From the NCBI GenBank assembly GCA_000004985.1, contig GG738889.1: DNA of 64,000 nucleotides, one strand, 5' to 3'. The position numbers were made by a program, and so were the translations under genes. Shown in pieces: positions 32,572 through 42,985 of the stretch (within the stretch, counting starts at the first letter, position 1; every line of letters starts with the position of its first letter). The DNA is from Naegleria gruberi. Lineage: Eukaryota. The notes beneath the pieces were generated by a model. That model was not told where the DNA came from. It worked only from the letters and a program-made list of their open reading frames with translations, and did not search any database.

Positions 32572-33003
32572 TCAATTGTGTTTGAATTTTTGAAAAGCTC
32601 TCCAATTCAAATAGATTGCCAAAATTACAACAGGAATAGTCATTGGTAACACTAATTTCCAATATTCATCCTCATAGAACCACCATTTCAATAGAGATAA
32701 TAAAGAATTTACATTACTATCATCATTATGTCCAATTAGTATCGGAATGGCACTTGGAAAAATCAAATTCAAATAACTCATCCAAAAGAATACGAGTAAA
32801 ATCAGTGGGATAACAATCAGCAGCAATCCGTACAATATTAATTCATATTTTGTTAAATCTTTTCCCTTTCCAATATCTTTAAAATTGGTTTTATAATGTT
32901 TCCGAAAATTGCCATAATCAAAACTTCCCGATCGTGCTCTAAAGTATCGGGATTCAATATTTTGAAGTGATGATGAAGATTCCATGGATGATGGTGCTGA
33001 CAT
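32572..33003 (-). CDS. small two-TM membrane protein, possibly PIG-P-like
   Basis: 143 aa with two hydrophobic helices. The EDEYWKLVLP segment resembles the PIG-P KYWAVALP motif. Weak. Confidence 0.35.
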   Translation of the reverse strand: MSAPSSMESSSSLQNIESRYFRARSGSFDYGNFRKHYKTNFKDIGKGKDLTKYELILYGLLLIVIPLILLVFFWMSYLNLIFPSAIPILIGHNDDSNVNSLLSLLKWWFYEDEYWKLVLPMTIPVVILAIYLNWRAFQKFKHN

Positions 33004-33110
33004 TTTTTTGGGTGATAAAATTGTAAAATATGAAATTCAAATGGATCACAATATGTTTCAATATGAATAATAAATTAAAGGTTTATAATTGTCAAAACTG
33101 TGAAATATCT

Positions 33111-34625
33111 CTACTTTTGTTGCTCACTGTCCTTGTATAATTGATAGCCAGCAGAAGCTCCTGTTTTAGCAGCACTGAATGCTCCTTTTCCAATTGCTAA
33201 GAATCCTTTAGCAACCTTCTTTTGCATGTCCTTGTCATTGGCAGCTTTATGAATTGCGTTACCAACAGCTTTTTGGACTTTTTCATTACCTGCAGTGTTT
33301 GCAATTGCATTACCGATACCACTTTGAACTGTCTTGTTGGTAGCAAGAGTTTGGATCAACACATTATCAGTATTTGATGCAATTGTTGTTCCAATTGTGG
33401 ATTGAACTTTTTCATTTTTGGCAGCATTTGACACTCCAGAACCAACTTTTCTTTGGACTTGCTCATTTTGTGCCAAATTTCCAACTTGTCTTCCAACATA
33501 TTCTTGAACTTGATCGTTATTGGCAACTCTTTCCAATCCATTATTATAAGCATTTTGAACATAATTTCCTGATTGAGTTGATACTTGATATTGTGGCTGT
33601 TGCTGTTGTTGATGTTGTTGTTGATATTGTTGTTGATAATGTTGTTGGAATGATCGATATTGTGGTGGTACAGAATAGTTTGGTTCATAATTTTGATAAG
33701 TGGTAGGTTGTGGATAAATTGGTTGAGATGGTTGTTGTGAAATTTTTGGTGGTTGTTGATATATTGGTTGTGATTGTGGTTGATAGGAAGGATAATTTCC
33801 TTGATACATTGGTTGTTGATATTGTTGTTGAGAAAAGTTCGAACTAATTTGTTGTTTCATCATTCTAGCTTGTTTTGGACTAATTAAATGGTAGACACTG
33901 TTTGGAGTATTTGGAGATTCATGTTCAATTATTCCAGGAAGTAATCTGACATAGTGAATTGTTCTAGAATTGTTTTTTGAGCGTTGTGCAATCATGGTTG
34001 GAGTTTTGTAAAGAGTATTTGGATCTTTACATCTGACTGCAACTGAAAATCTCTTATTTAAATCTTTTGCAGAAACTGGTCTAGGTAATTTTTCAAGTGT
34101 ACTTGTTGTTTCATGAACTGGCATAATTGGTTGAATGACAGATTTTCTTCTATCAGAATCATTTTTTGGAGAAGATGAAGCAGAGTTGGATGTTGGAATT
34201 TGAAAAGTAACAGGTTTAACTGGCTTACTTGTTGGTTGTGGAATCACAGGACTTGACACTTCATATAATTCAGACAGTTGACCTCTCAATTTTTCAATTT
34301 CTTGTTTAACTAGATCACACTTTTGAAAATTATAATCATATTCTGTTTTAGTCTTTTCAAAATCTTCAGCTTCTTCATCAAAATCAGCATGGGTTGGTAT
34401 TTTCTTTACAACAAGAATTAAATATTGTATCAATGCCTTGTACATTCCTTCTAAATCTTGTGATTCTCTGAATAGTTTAGCTTCCTTTAGTAAATTCTTT
34501 GCCGTTTCAAAGTAAATTTCCAATGGAGTATCATCATCAATTTCAATCATTTGTTCAATGGCTGCTTTATTCAAATCCTCGAGGGATGAATAGAGCAATC
34601 GTTGATTGGTAGGTGTATTAGACAT
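33111..34625 (-). CDS. low-complexity protein: N-terminal helical domain, Q/P/Y-rich linker, C-terminal 17-aa tandem repeats
   Basis: The C-terminus has about six copies of N(D/E)(Q/K)VQxxVGxx(V/I)xNxAx. The middle is QQYQQQHQQQQQPQYQ-type. The N-terminus is a ~100-aa helical domain. Confidence 0.6.
   Translation of the reverse strand: MSNTPTNQRLLYSSLEDLNKAAIEQMIEIDDDTPLEIYFETAKNLLKEAKLFRESQDLEGMYKALIQYLILVVKKIPTHADFDEEAEDFEKTKTEYDYNFQKCDLVKQEIEKLRGQLSELYEVSSPVIPQPTSKPVKPVTFQIPTSNSASSSPKNDSDRRKSVIQPIMPVHETTSTLEKLPRPVSAKDLNKRFSVAVRCKDPNTLYKTPTMIAQRSKNNSRTIHYVRLLPGIIEHESPNTPNSVYHLISPKQARMMKQQISSNFSQQQYQQPMYQGNYPSYQPQSQPIYQQPPKISQQPSQPIYPQPTTYQNYEPNYSVPPQYRSFQQHYQQQYQQQHQQQQQPQYQVSTQSGNYVQNAYNNGLERVANNDQVQEYVGRQVGNLAQNEQVQRKVGSGVSNAAKNEKVQSTIGTTIASNTDNVLIQTLATNKTVQSGIGNAIANTAGNEKVQKAVGNAIHKAANDKDMQKKVAKGFLAIGKGAFSAAKTGASAGYQLYKDSEQQK
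33236..33548. repeat. ~51-bp imperfect tandem repeats (coding; 17-aa protein repeats)
   Basis: Recurring units such as ttggactttttcattacctgcag, ttgaactttttcatttttggcag and ttggacttgctcattttgtgccaa at ~51-bp spacing. Adjacent imperfect (TTG)n at 33600-33650. Confidence 0.5.
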
Positions 34626-35220
34626 TCGGAATGATGATTTTAATTATTTAATAATTTAATAAATTGAATATATATATTATTACTACTATTATATGTTCTG
34701 CTATGGAGTAGTAGTTGATCAACAAATAGCCTATTGATGTTTTTATACTACTTCTAAAATTACAAAATTACAATTTATAGACAAAATACTACTACTACTC
34801 GTATTATTACTACTATATTGTTGTTAAAATAATTATTACTATTAAAAACTATTTAAAAAACTATTACAATAATATCAAATGGTGATGACCCAAAAATCAA
34901 AGAGAGGAAAAAAAAGGCTTTTTTGAGATTTTTCAAAGGCTTGCTTGATCAACAACCGAGTTCTATTTGTTTTCCTTGAGGAATTTAAAAATTATCTTCC
35001 AGTTTGCGCTGAAGTTTTTTTGGCTCTTCGGAGAACGTTTGAAAAATCTGAGACGAATAGGAACTTTAGATTTGCAGCACAAATCTCATGCTTATTGTTT
35101 AGTAATAGAAGGAATATTTGGGTAATAGAGGAAGGTAAATGTGTTGGTTTATTGAGGGTTCATTTGTGAAATATGTTCATGATTTCCAAATTCGAAAGTC
35201 CAGAAAGTTTCTGATATTCA

Positions 35221-36351
35221 TTATTGAAGGGAAGAATTGATAATTTTCCAAATTTGATCTCTCTTATCGAAATCTCTTTCAATTCCCATAAAGTTTGTTA
35301 TCAAATCACCGTGGAAGAATTGCTCCAATGGATGAAGTTGAATGACAGAGTTTGGACACAGTGCAGATAATTCCTGATGGAAAACTTGAGATTGAATCCA
35401 TGGACATGTTACATCCTTTTTTCCATGAGCAATTGAAGTGGATGGCCATTTACTGACAGATTCTGGATTGGCCACATTATTCGAACGAATGATTAAGGTT
35501 GGTGAAAAGAGAGGGAATCTATGAGTGCCTTTACAAATCTTCCACATTGGTGAAATATCATGAACCTTTCTTGTCTTTTCGTATTCGTAGTGAGTGGCCA
35601 TATCATAAACTCCACAAAGGAGAACTAATTTTTTAACTTGTTCAAGTTTCCAATTCGTCTTTTCAAAATTGAAATTATTGTAAATCTTATTAAGTGAAAT
35701 GAGTGAAAATAAATGAGCTCCAGCACTGTGTCCAACAAGAATAATTTCTGGATTATCCATTTTTTCATTCACACGTTCAATAACATAATTAACACCCCTA
35801 TCTACATCCTCAATCATTTCCTCCAAATGAACTTGTGGAAATAAACTATAATTCAAATTATAACATGCATGATTCTTTTGTCCAGATACGAAACTAGCAA
35901 ATCGATGATACAAATCAGCAGATCCACTATGCCACGTTCCACCATGCAAGAATATATAAACTCTATTACTTTGATCTGGTTTAAATGGAATATACTCATG
36001 CACAGTTTGTCTCCTTCTCTGATTGGCATATCTAATTCCATAATTCAAATAGAAATTCTTCTCATGATCCTTTCCATAGAGAAATCTCTTTAATTTTCTC
36101 ACCACTTGTCCAAAACCTTTCAATAGCCAATATTTCAATCGATTTTTCTTTTCATCATGATCATGATATTCATCAATATGGGAAATTAAATTGAGTTCAT
36201 TCCTCAAAAACCACGGAATGTGCATCACTTGATACCAAACAATGTCCAGCAAAACAAGACCCTCACAAAACTTTTGATTGAACCATCCTTTCCATGTTGA
36301 AGATGGAGAAGAAGAGGATACAGATGAATTGCTTGGTTGTGAAGAGGACAT
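35221..36351 (-). CDS. alpha/beta hydrolase, isoprenylcysteine methylesterase / kynurenine formamidase-like (BD-FAE family)
   Basis: HGG-type oxyanion motif IFLHGGTWHSGS, nucleophile elbow ILVGHSAGAHL, and the ICME-like segment NYGIRYANQRR. ATG at 36351 in A-rich context; an alternative ATG at 36393 adds 14 aa. Confidence 0.65.
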   Translation of the reverse strand: MSSSQPSNSSVSSSSPSSTWKGWFNQKFCEGLVLLDIVWYQVMHIPWFLRNELNLISHIDEYHDHDEKKNRLKYWLLKGFGQVVRKLKRFLYGKDHEKNFYLNYGIRYANQRRRQTVHEYIPFKPDQSNRVYIFLHGGTWHSGSADLYHRFASFVSGQKNHACYNLNYSLFPQVHLEEMIEDVDRGVNYVIERVNEKMDNPEIILVGHSAGAHLFSLISLNKIYNNFNFEKTNWKLEQVKKLVLLCGVYDMATHYEYEKTRKVHDISPMWKICKGTHRFPLFSPTLIIRSNNVANPESVSKWPSTSIAHGKKDVTCPWIQSQVFHQELSALCPNSVIQLHPLEQFFHGDLITNFMGIERDFDKRDQIWKIINSSLQ

Positions 36352-36855
36352 TTTTTTTGTGTTTTTTTTGCAACTCCGATATTCAGATTGCATGTTTTTA
36401 ACAGCTGCTTTCGGAAGGACTACGAGGATTCAGGGATTTAATTAAGTATTCAATTTAGAGTCGAGCCATTTAAGATATTGAACCAATTGTAAAGTGAAGA
36501 GGAGAGAAATACATTTGACATTTTTCATTTTGACCGAATTGTTGTAAAAGATATTATCTAAAAAACTATTGACCCTTTTCAACTGGTAGGAAAATGTTTT
36601 ATTTAGATAACGAAATTGAATCTTTCAATGCTCAATTTGAAAAATTCCATTGTAATCTGTTCAGCATCTTTGTATTTAGAAAAATTCGTAAAAAAAAATG
36701 TGAGTAAAAAGTGGAGGGAATTTTTTTGATCATCATTAATTTTTAAAATATTTCCTTGTCATCACGATAACGTTGATCCGAACCAAAAATATTCCGATAA
36801 ATATTATTCCGATGATGATGAATATTATTATTTTTCTTTTGGAGAGAAGAAACAA

Positions 36856-38480
36856 ATGTCTTCAATAGAATTTGATTCATTGACAAGTGGAAAGTCAGTA
36901 TTAGAAAGAGCCAAATATATTCCAATTCGTTTGACATTTGAGGAGAGAAAGAAATTGAGATTGTTGGAAGCTACTTTGACTGTTAGTGAATATACTGATA
37001 AAATTGATACTATTAGAACATTTGGAAAGTTGAAGAGAATTAAAGAACAATGTGAGGAAATTTGTGCAATTTTGTGTGGTTTGATGGTTGCTGCTGATTA
37101 TCAAAAAGGTCAAGAATTGATCGCCAATAAGAACTTTCAAGATAATGAAGAATTTTTCCAAGATGTGTAAGTGTTCAATATTTGTAATGTGACAAGTCAA
37201 CTTTGTGAATAGATTTGAAATTGGAAGACGTTACAAGATTATGAATCCTGAAAAGATGAGAGGAACCTATGGTAAACTCTGTTATATTATTCAAGACAGT
37301 CAACAACCTGAAGTTCAAGAAATGTTAGGATTTAAACTTGATAGACCTGTCAAGACTGTTCATTGGTTCTTGGAACAACATGATGCTCTTGAAATTCTTG
37401 AGGATAAAGATATTGACACTGCCACAAATGAAATTTTTGCAAATGGAAAGACAAGAATGCAAGTTGAAGAAGAAATTAAAATGAAGGAAAAGGCAGCCAA
37501 GAGAATTTGTAAAGTTTACTCTGAGTCATGTGAAATGGAAGAAGAAGATATTGAAAAATGTCTTTACTCAATTGGTGATAGTAGTGCATATCTTAGACAA
37601 GCCGTATATCCAGTTGAAACCATCCTCTCCTTCTTGCTGAATAATTTCAAGCGTGATGATTATGAAGATGGTCACTCATTGGCTATTATGGCAGGCCATG
37701 AAGGTGCTCGTTTATCTCACAATCATGCCATTCAATTTGATTTCGTCTATCAAACTCTTACATTGTGGAAAAATGTTGGAAGAGATATGTTTGAATTGTG
37801 GTTCTTAGCTGAAAGAGATTTGTTCTCATCTACACATACCTATTCCTTAAGAAATACTGGTCAAGGTCTCAACAGAGTTCAATACTGTCCAAATGTTAGA
37901 AGAGCAATGGAAAAGTTGTTATCTCAAACACAGAATAGCACCTCTTCTTGGGTAGGAAGTTCAGTTATTCACTTGGGTGATGATGCTGTTCCTAACAGTT
38001 TAATGTTTATTGACAAGTATACTCAAATTTCAAGAATTTTGAATGTATGTATTTTCACTTATTATTTACAAACTTTTGAATTAGCCAATCATTCAAACAA
38101 TTACAGAAATTGATAACTATATGATTAAGGATCAAAACTTGAAAGAATATATCAATACTACATTTGGAGGTCCAGAGGAAGCAAAGATGACAATTTTGAT
38201 CGATCTTTTTAGACATGGATTTGACGGGTAAGTTATGTGGTTTTCATAATTACTAATTTGTTTCATTATTAAGATCGGGTGCTGATAACTTTTTCATGGC
38301 TGGCTCTTGTATAGATGGTAGATTGACAAGTGCTTGGAATTTCTGTTCAAAGGTTAGTATCTTTCTAATTTCTCGTATTCTTATTCAAAATTATCTTAGA
38401 TCAATAAGAAGAATTATTTCCCTCTCTTCCTTTTGGGAGGCTTCATTGGTTTCGATGGTGGTTCAGGTTTTGACAGATAA
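36856..38480 (+). CDS. conserved hypothetical protein (~467 aa), 5 exons
   Basis: Exons 36856-37166, 37213-38044, 38130-38227, 38274-38352 and 38400-38480. Introns of 46, 85, 46 and 47 nt with GTAAGT/GTATGT/GTTAGT donors; all phases are consistent and the total is 3n. C-terminal GGFIGFDGGSGFDR. The 85-nt intron has an alternative acceptor and is less certain. Confidence 0.55.
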
Positions 38481-38580
38481 ATCATTTCATAACACCTTTG
38501 AATCAATTTTTTGTAACTTATATTAAATTACTTATTACTTGAATTATTTATGGATTAAGAAGTGTTATTTTACAACACGT

Positions 38581-41133
38581 TTATTGGAAAAAATCTCCAT
38601 TATCCTCGAACATGTCTTCTTGGTTTACGTTATAATTATTGTCGATAGGGGTTTGAGAAATCTCTGTACTTTCTTCTCGAATTACGCTAAACATCCATAC
38701 ATAACCAAAAACAGTGCCATTATTCTCTGTAACTTTCTGTCCATAACAATTCATTTTCAGTCTCGAGTCATAAATTTGAGAAGAATTCATAGAATGTTCA
38801 TCAGGTGACATTTGCGCCTCCAACTTGTCAGGGAAATCCATAAGCACTGAATTTGACAAAATCTCCATAATGGTTCCTTTCATTTCTGGAATATCATACA
38901 CTCTTCTACCAAAGAAATTCTTTCTATGATTGTTAAACAATGCATCAAATCTTTCATTATTCCATAAAATATATCCTTGCTTATCGTAAAAACATGTTGG
39001 TTGTTTCGAACCAAAGAGTCTCTCCAGAATCTTAAGGAACATGTCTTGGAAAGTTTGCGGACTATCATTAATAAGGGATTCTCTTGAAATGTGACTCATG
39101 TCATAATCTGAAACTGTATGATTAAGCTGAGAAGGTAGTACAATGTCAGTGTGATTCTCTTCAATATTGGTTGATTTCATATTTGGATTGGATAATCTGA
39201 TTACAATCCATTGAGGAAGTCCCATTTCATTTCTTATGCAACAAAACTCTGTCGAAAGAGGTGCACATTTTCCATTTCTATTAACAAATTTGATACTATG
39301 TTTGCATGAATCCGAGTTTGTACTTAGCATTTGTAACAGGAGAATATCATGTTTTATGATATCTTGTGGATGTAAATAATTTTGTAAATTTGATCTAAAC
39401 TCGATATCATTGACAGAATCAAATCCAAGCATATCTTTCATAGCCTCGTTGACTTTAACAACAAAACCATCTAATAAAGTCACCATACTTGGTATTGTAT
39501 GATTTGTAATAGAGGTGTCATCACTTAAAATATCAATAATAGATCCAATAATAGATGTCTTTTTTCTATTATTAATAATTTGTAATCTAGAACTAGATTG
39601 ACTGATTGGTACCTTTTGTACTTTTTTACCTTTTGATTTATCACCATAGTAACAACCTTTTGGTTTTTGTTGAAGAGTAGGTAAAGGATATGGAGTAGAA
39701 AATTCAGAGTGTTGAATAGTATTAGTAAACTGAGGAATATCTTGCCATGTTTCCATTTCGTCAGTACCAAGAAAATTATCTGTTGAAGGTGTTAATTTTG
39801 GCATTAATAAACTAGTAATATCAGTAGGAATATTGTTAATAAAATTAGTTGACATTGGAATAGGTATTGAAGATAGAGAAGGATTAGATGTTGACATTGG
39901 TAAAGGAAGAGAGGATGGTTGTGTGGTAGGAGGTAAAATTGGATGATTTTCTTTTGATGTGTTGATATTGTTTGTACTTGCTGGTTCGGAAATATCTTCA
40001 CTAGATGATGCTTTTGAAGATCTTCCTGATGCAGCTTCTTGGAGTTTCTTTGTTGTTTTTCGTTGTTTTGTCTTTAACTCTGTGCCACCTATAGAGTTTG
40101 AAGATGATGTTTTCTTTTGTAATGAAGATGGAGGTGGTGGAGGATACGATGTTGGTGGGGTTGCTGTTGATGTTTTTGATGAAGAGTTAGGAATAGATGA
40201 GGCACTGCTGCTATTAGTTTGCTTTACATCCTTTGTAGTGGTAGTATTATTGGCATTATTACTATTCCCAGTTGCTATTATAGAGGATGATGAGCTTGAG
40301 GCAGGTATACTACTAGTTGTTACTTGTTGTGTTGATGAAGAAGCAGCAACTGTACTTGAAGTTGTCATAGCAGAGGCATTAGCAGTTGCAGCTTGGGCAG
40401 CTTGTGCGCTCCTTCTCTTCTTTTTCTTATCTTGCTCCAGCTTCAAGTGAAATATAAACTCTTCTTGTGGTCCTCTCTTTTTTCCACATCTCATCTTTCT
40501 CTTCTTCTTCTCCACCAAGTTATACTTTTGAGCTAAAATGTCTGAAGGAACATTCGACATATCATCTTCTTGTTGGATAACAGTCGGACTGCTAGGTCTT
40601 GGGGGTGGAGATGGTGATCTTGTTGGAGAAGAGGATCTGTTACTTGATCGATTAGAAGTATTAGCAGCTGCTGTTGCTATCGATGATGATGTTGGATGAG
40701 AATTATTAGAAGAAGAAGGTGGAGGAGGAGTAAGAAGCATATTCGAGACATGAGGTTGTTGCATACCTCCAGAAAACATTTGTAACATTTTCATCATCAT
40801 CATTGGATCAACTGGAGGAGCACCATTATTTTGATTTGTTGTGGTACTGCTTCCTTGATTATTATTACTTCCATTATTATTCATTTGCATATATTGTTGT
40901 AACATTTGCATCATTAACATGGGATCTTCACCCGTACCTAGAGGATTGGGTATCATAGAATTGTTATTATTATTATTATTGTTTGTGCTGCTCATCTCCT
41001 CTAAAATATGATAATTTGAGGATGGTTGTTGGGTTGATACGGAGGGTTGTGTATTGATTATGGAGGAGGAAGGAGATGTTAAACTAGAGGTGGATTTGTT
41101 CTTTGTTTTGGAGTTTGATGATGATAACTTCAT
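38581..41133 (-). CDS. PAS-domain protein with low-complexity Ser/Asn/Pro-rich N-terminal half and a basic patch
   Basis: C-terminal half has two PAS-like segments (VVKVNEAMKDMLGFDSVNDIEFRSNLQNYLHPQDI and CFYDKQGYILWNNERFDALFNNHRKNFFGRRVYDI). Basic region KKKRKMRCGKKRGP. poly-N/S/T tracts. Confidence 0.55.
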   Translation of the reverse strand: MKLSSSNSKTKNKSTSSLTSPSSSIINTQPSVSTQQPSSNYHILEEMSSTNNNNNNNNSMIPNPLGTGEDPMLMMQMLQQYMQMNNNGSNNNQGSSTTTNQNNGAPPVDPMMMMKMLQMFSGGMQQPHVSNMLLTPPPPSSSNNSHPTSSSIATAAANTSNRSSNRSSSPTRSPSPPPRPSSPTVIQQEDDMSNVPSDILAQKYNLVEKKKRKMRCGKKRGPQEEFIFHLKLEQDKKKKRRSAQAAQAATANASAMTTSSTVAASSSTQQVTTSSIPASSSSSSIIATGNSNNANNTTTTKDVKQTNSSSASSIPNSSSKTSTATPPTSYPPPPPSSLQKKTSSSNSIGGTELKTKQRKTTKKLQEAASGRSSKASSSEDISEPASTNNINTSKENHPILPPTTQPSSLPLPMSTSNPSLSSIPIPMSTNFINNIPTDITSLLMPKLTPSTDNFLGTDEMETWQDIPQFTNTIQHSEFSTPYPLPTLQQKPKGCYYGDKSKGKKVQKVPISQSSSRLQIINNRKKTSIIGSIIDILSDDTSITNHTIPSMVTLLDGFVVKVNEAMKDMLGFDSVNDIEFRSNLQNYLHPQDIIKHDILLLQMLSTNSDSCKHSIKFVNRNGKCAPLSTEFCCIRNEMGLPQWIVIRLSNPNMKSTNIEENHTDIVLPSQLNHTVSDYDMSHISRESLINDSPQTFQDMFLKILERLFGSKQPTCFYDKQGYILWNNERFDALFNNHRKNFFGRRVYDIPEMKGTIMEILSNSVLMDFPDKLEAQMSPDEHSMNSSQIYDSRLKMNCYGQKVTENNGTVFGYVWMFSVIREESTEISQTPIDNNYNVNQEDMFEDNGDFFQ

Positions 41134-42064
41134 CTAACACAAAAAGTCTAAATTTGATGTTTTTAAAACTAAAATTCTCTCTTGTCGATACTAGACAGTG
41201 GTAAGAGATAGATCCAAAAACTTTCCAAACAACAAAATTGGTACAATTACTGCACCAAAAGATCTTATTAATTTAGAATAATACTAGTGTTGATAAAAAT
41301 CAAGTATGTGTTGCAGCTGATTAAATTTCCACTTTTTCAAAATCAGCACACAATATTGTTGTTGATGTAATATATTACTATTACGATAGCCTCAAGAGCC
41401 GATAAGACCGTCGTCTTCCACAAAGAATTTCTAAAATTCCGTTTGTTTTCTTGATGTCTTCGTCTTCGACTTGTTTGGTGGTGGCCGAGAGGAGAATTTG
41501 ATGGGTGTTGATATTTTTTCTGGATAGTGAAAAGAAGAACATTGAAATGGAGAAAGAAAACAATTGTCATCATCACCATCGACTTGTTGTTGTTGTTGAT
41601 GGGATTGTAGATTATGAAAATACTCAAGGTAAACATGCATATGATAGAGAGAATGTACTCGGGGTGACTGGTTGAGTCATGACATTCTAGCTGAATTGAG
41701 TATTTGCAATACACAAAATTGGCATGCTTCGTTTTTGGAATTATACAGTAAAATTGAAATGATAACAACACTTCACTATTATGTATGCGAATTAAATATT
41801 CATACTTCCTCTCAGCTAGTGAATAATAAATAGTGTTGTCAAGATGAAAGGACCACAAACAATCTCACTACACAACAATCGAACAATACTTGAAGGTCAA
41901 AATTCAACATTCATTATGAATATTCCTCTTCCTTAATGGATGCAAAAATCAAAAAGGTAGACCGGTGGATAAGGTTATGGAAGGATTTTATGACTTATTT
42001 GGATGTTATTACAGGAGGGATTAGAATCCAAGTGAGGAGGTTGATGAACCTTAAAGAATCTGCG

Positions 42065-42787
42065 TTAACAGAGGTAATCCAAGAGGTTCACCTGTTGATG
42101 TCTCGTCTTGTTGGAGAGTCCAAACAATTTACTCAATTGATCAAGTGTTTTGCTATCTTTCAATGATATTGCTTGATCGTAGAGAGCAAATGGATTCTTC
42201 TTTTCCAATGCTTTGGAGAGAGTCCATTCATACTTTTCCTTTGGATTCTCAACTGGTAATTGTGTAGATGATGAATTTTCATTCATTCCCTTCATCATAT
42301 TTCCATAAATTTCACTTAAAAACCAAAATCCAAATGAATTTCCCTTGTAGGCAGCTTGTTCGAAATATTCTCTTGCCTTTTCCAAATCAATGTTGATGGA
42401 TTTATCTGAATCTTTCAATCCTTTATAATAGATATAACCCAGAATTGAGAGTGCACTTGAGAAATCATTCATGCTCTCCAATATTTCCATTGCGTTTTGA
42501 ATATCTTTGGTGTGTCCACAACTTCCTTCCAATTCAAACATGGCCAAAAGAATTGTTCGATGAGAATAATTCTCTCCATTACAATCGGAAAGTGTCTCAA
42601 ATATGGCTTTGTAATTTTTACATCCTTCCTTTCCGAATAATTGTTTAAATATTTTGTAAATTGGAAAAGAAAATCCATCAGGTGAAAATGTCAAAAAAAC
42701 AGTCAAATCGAGTGCTTCTTTAAATGATCCAAATTTAATGAGTGATGTGATGGCAGAGTATAAAATCTGTGGGTCTTGTGGATTCAT
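42065..42787 (-). CDS. Sel1-like repeat (SLR/TPR-like) protein
   Basis: Sel1 repeat signatures (GYIYYKGLKDSDKSINIDLEKAREYFEQAAYKGNSFGFWFLSEIYG and others). ATG at 42787. Confidence 0.6.
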   Translation of the reverse strand: MNPQDPQILYSAITSLIKFGSFKEALDLTVFLTFSPDGFSFPIYKIFKQLFGKEGCKNYKAIFETLSDCNGENYSHRTILLAMFELEGSCGHTKDIQNAMEILESMNDFSSALSILGYIYYKGLKDSDKSINIDLEKAREYFEQAAYKGNSFGFWFLSEIYGNMMKGMNENSSSTQLPVENPKEKYEWTLSKALEKKNPFALYDQAISLKDSKTLDQLSKLFGLSNKTRHQQVNLLDYLC

Positions 42788-42985
42788 ATTTTTTTAGAAA
42801 TTGATTTTTGACATTTTTCACTTGATCCATTTTGACAGCACTTCCATCTCCTAAATCTCCAAACAATCCTGAACATCTCTGTCATGAATTCATGTAATAA
42901 ATAAATTGTTTCATTGTAAATAAAATCACGTTTAGCTGAATTGAATTTACAATTTTCTAATTTTAATTCCAACTTTAAAAAAAAA

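Noticed and set aside
41477-41500. ggtggtggccgagaggag resembles the D-arm (GGCCGAGNGG) of tRNA-Ser/Leu.
   Set aside because: There is no AAGGC D-loop continuation, no anticodon stem and no GTTCGAATC-type T-arm downstream. No tRNA-like cloverleaf can be formed.
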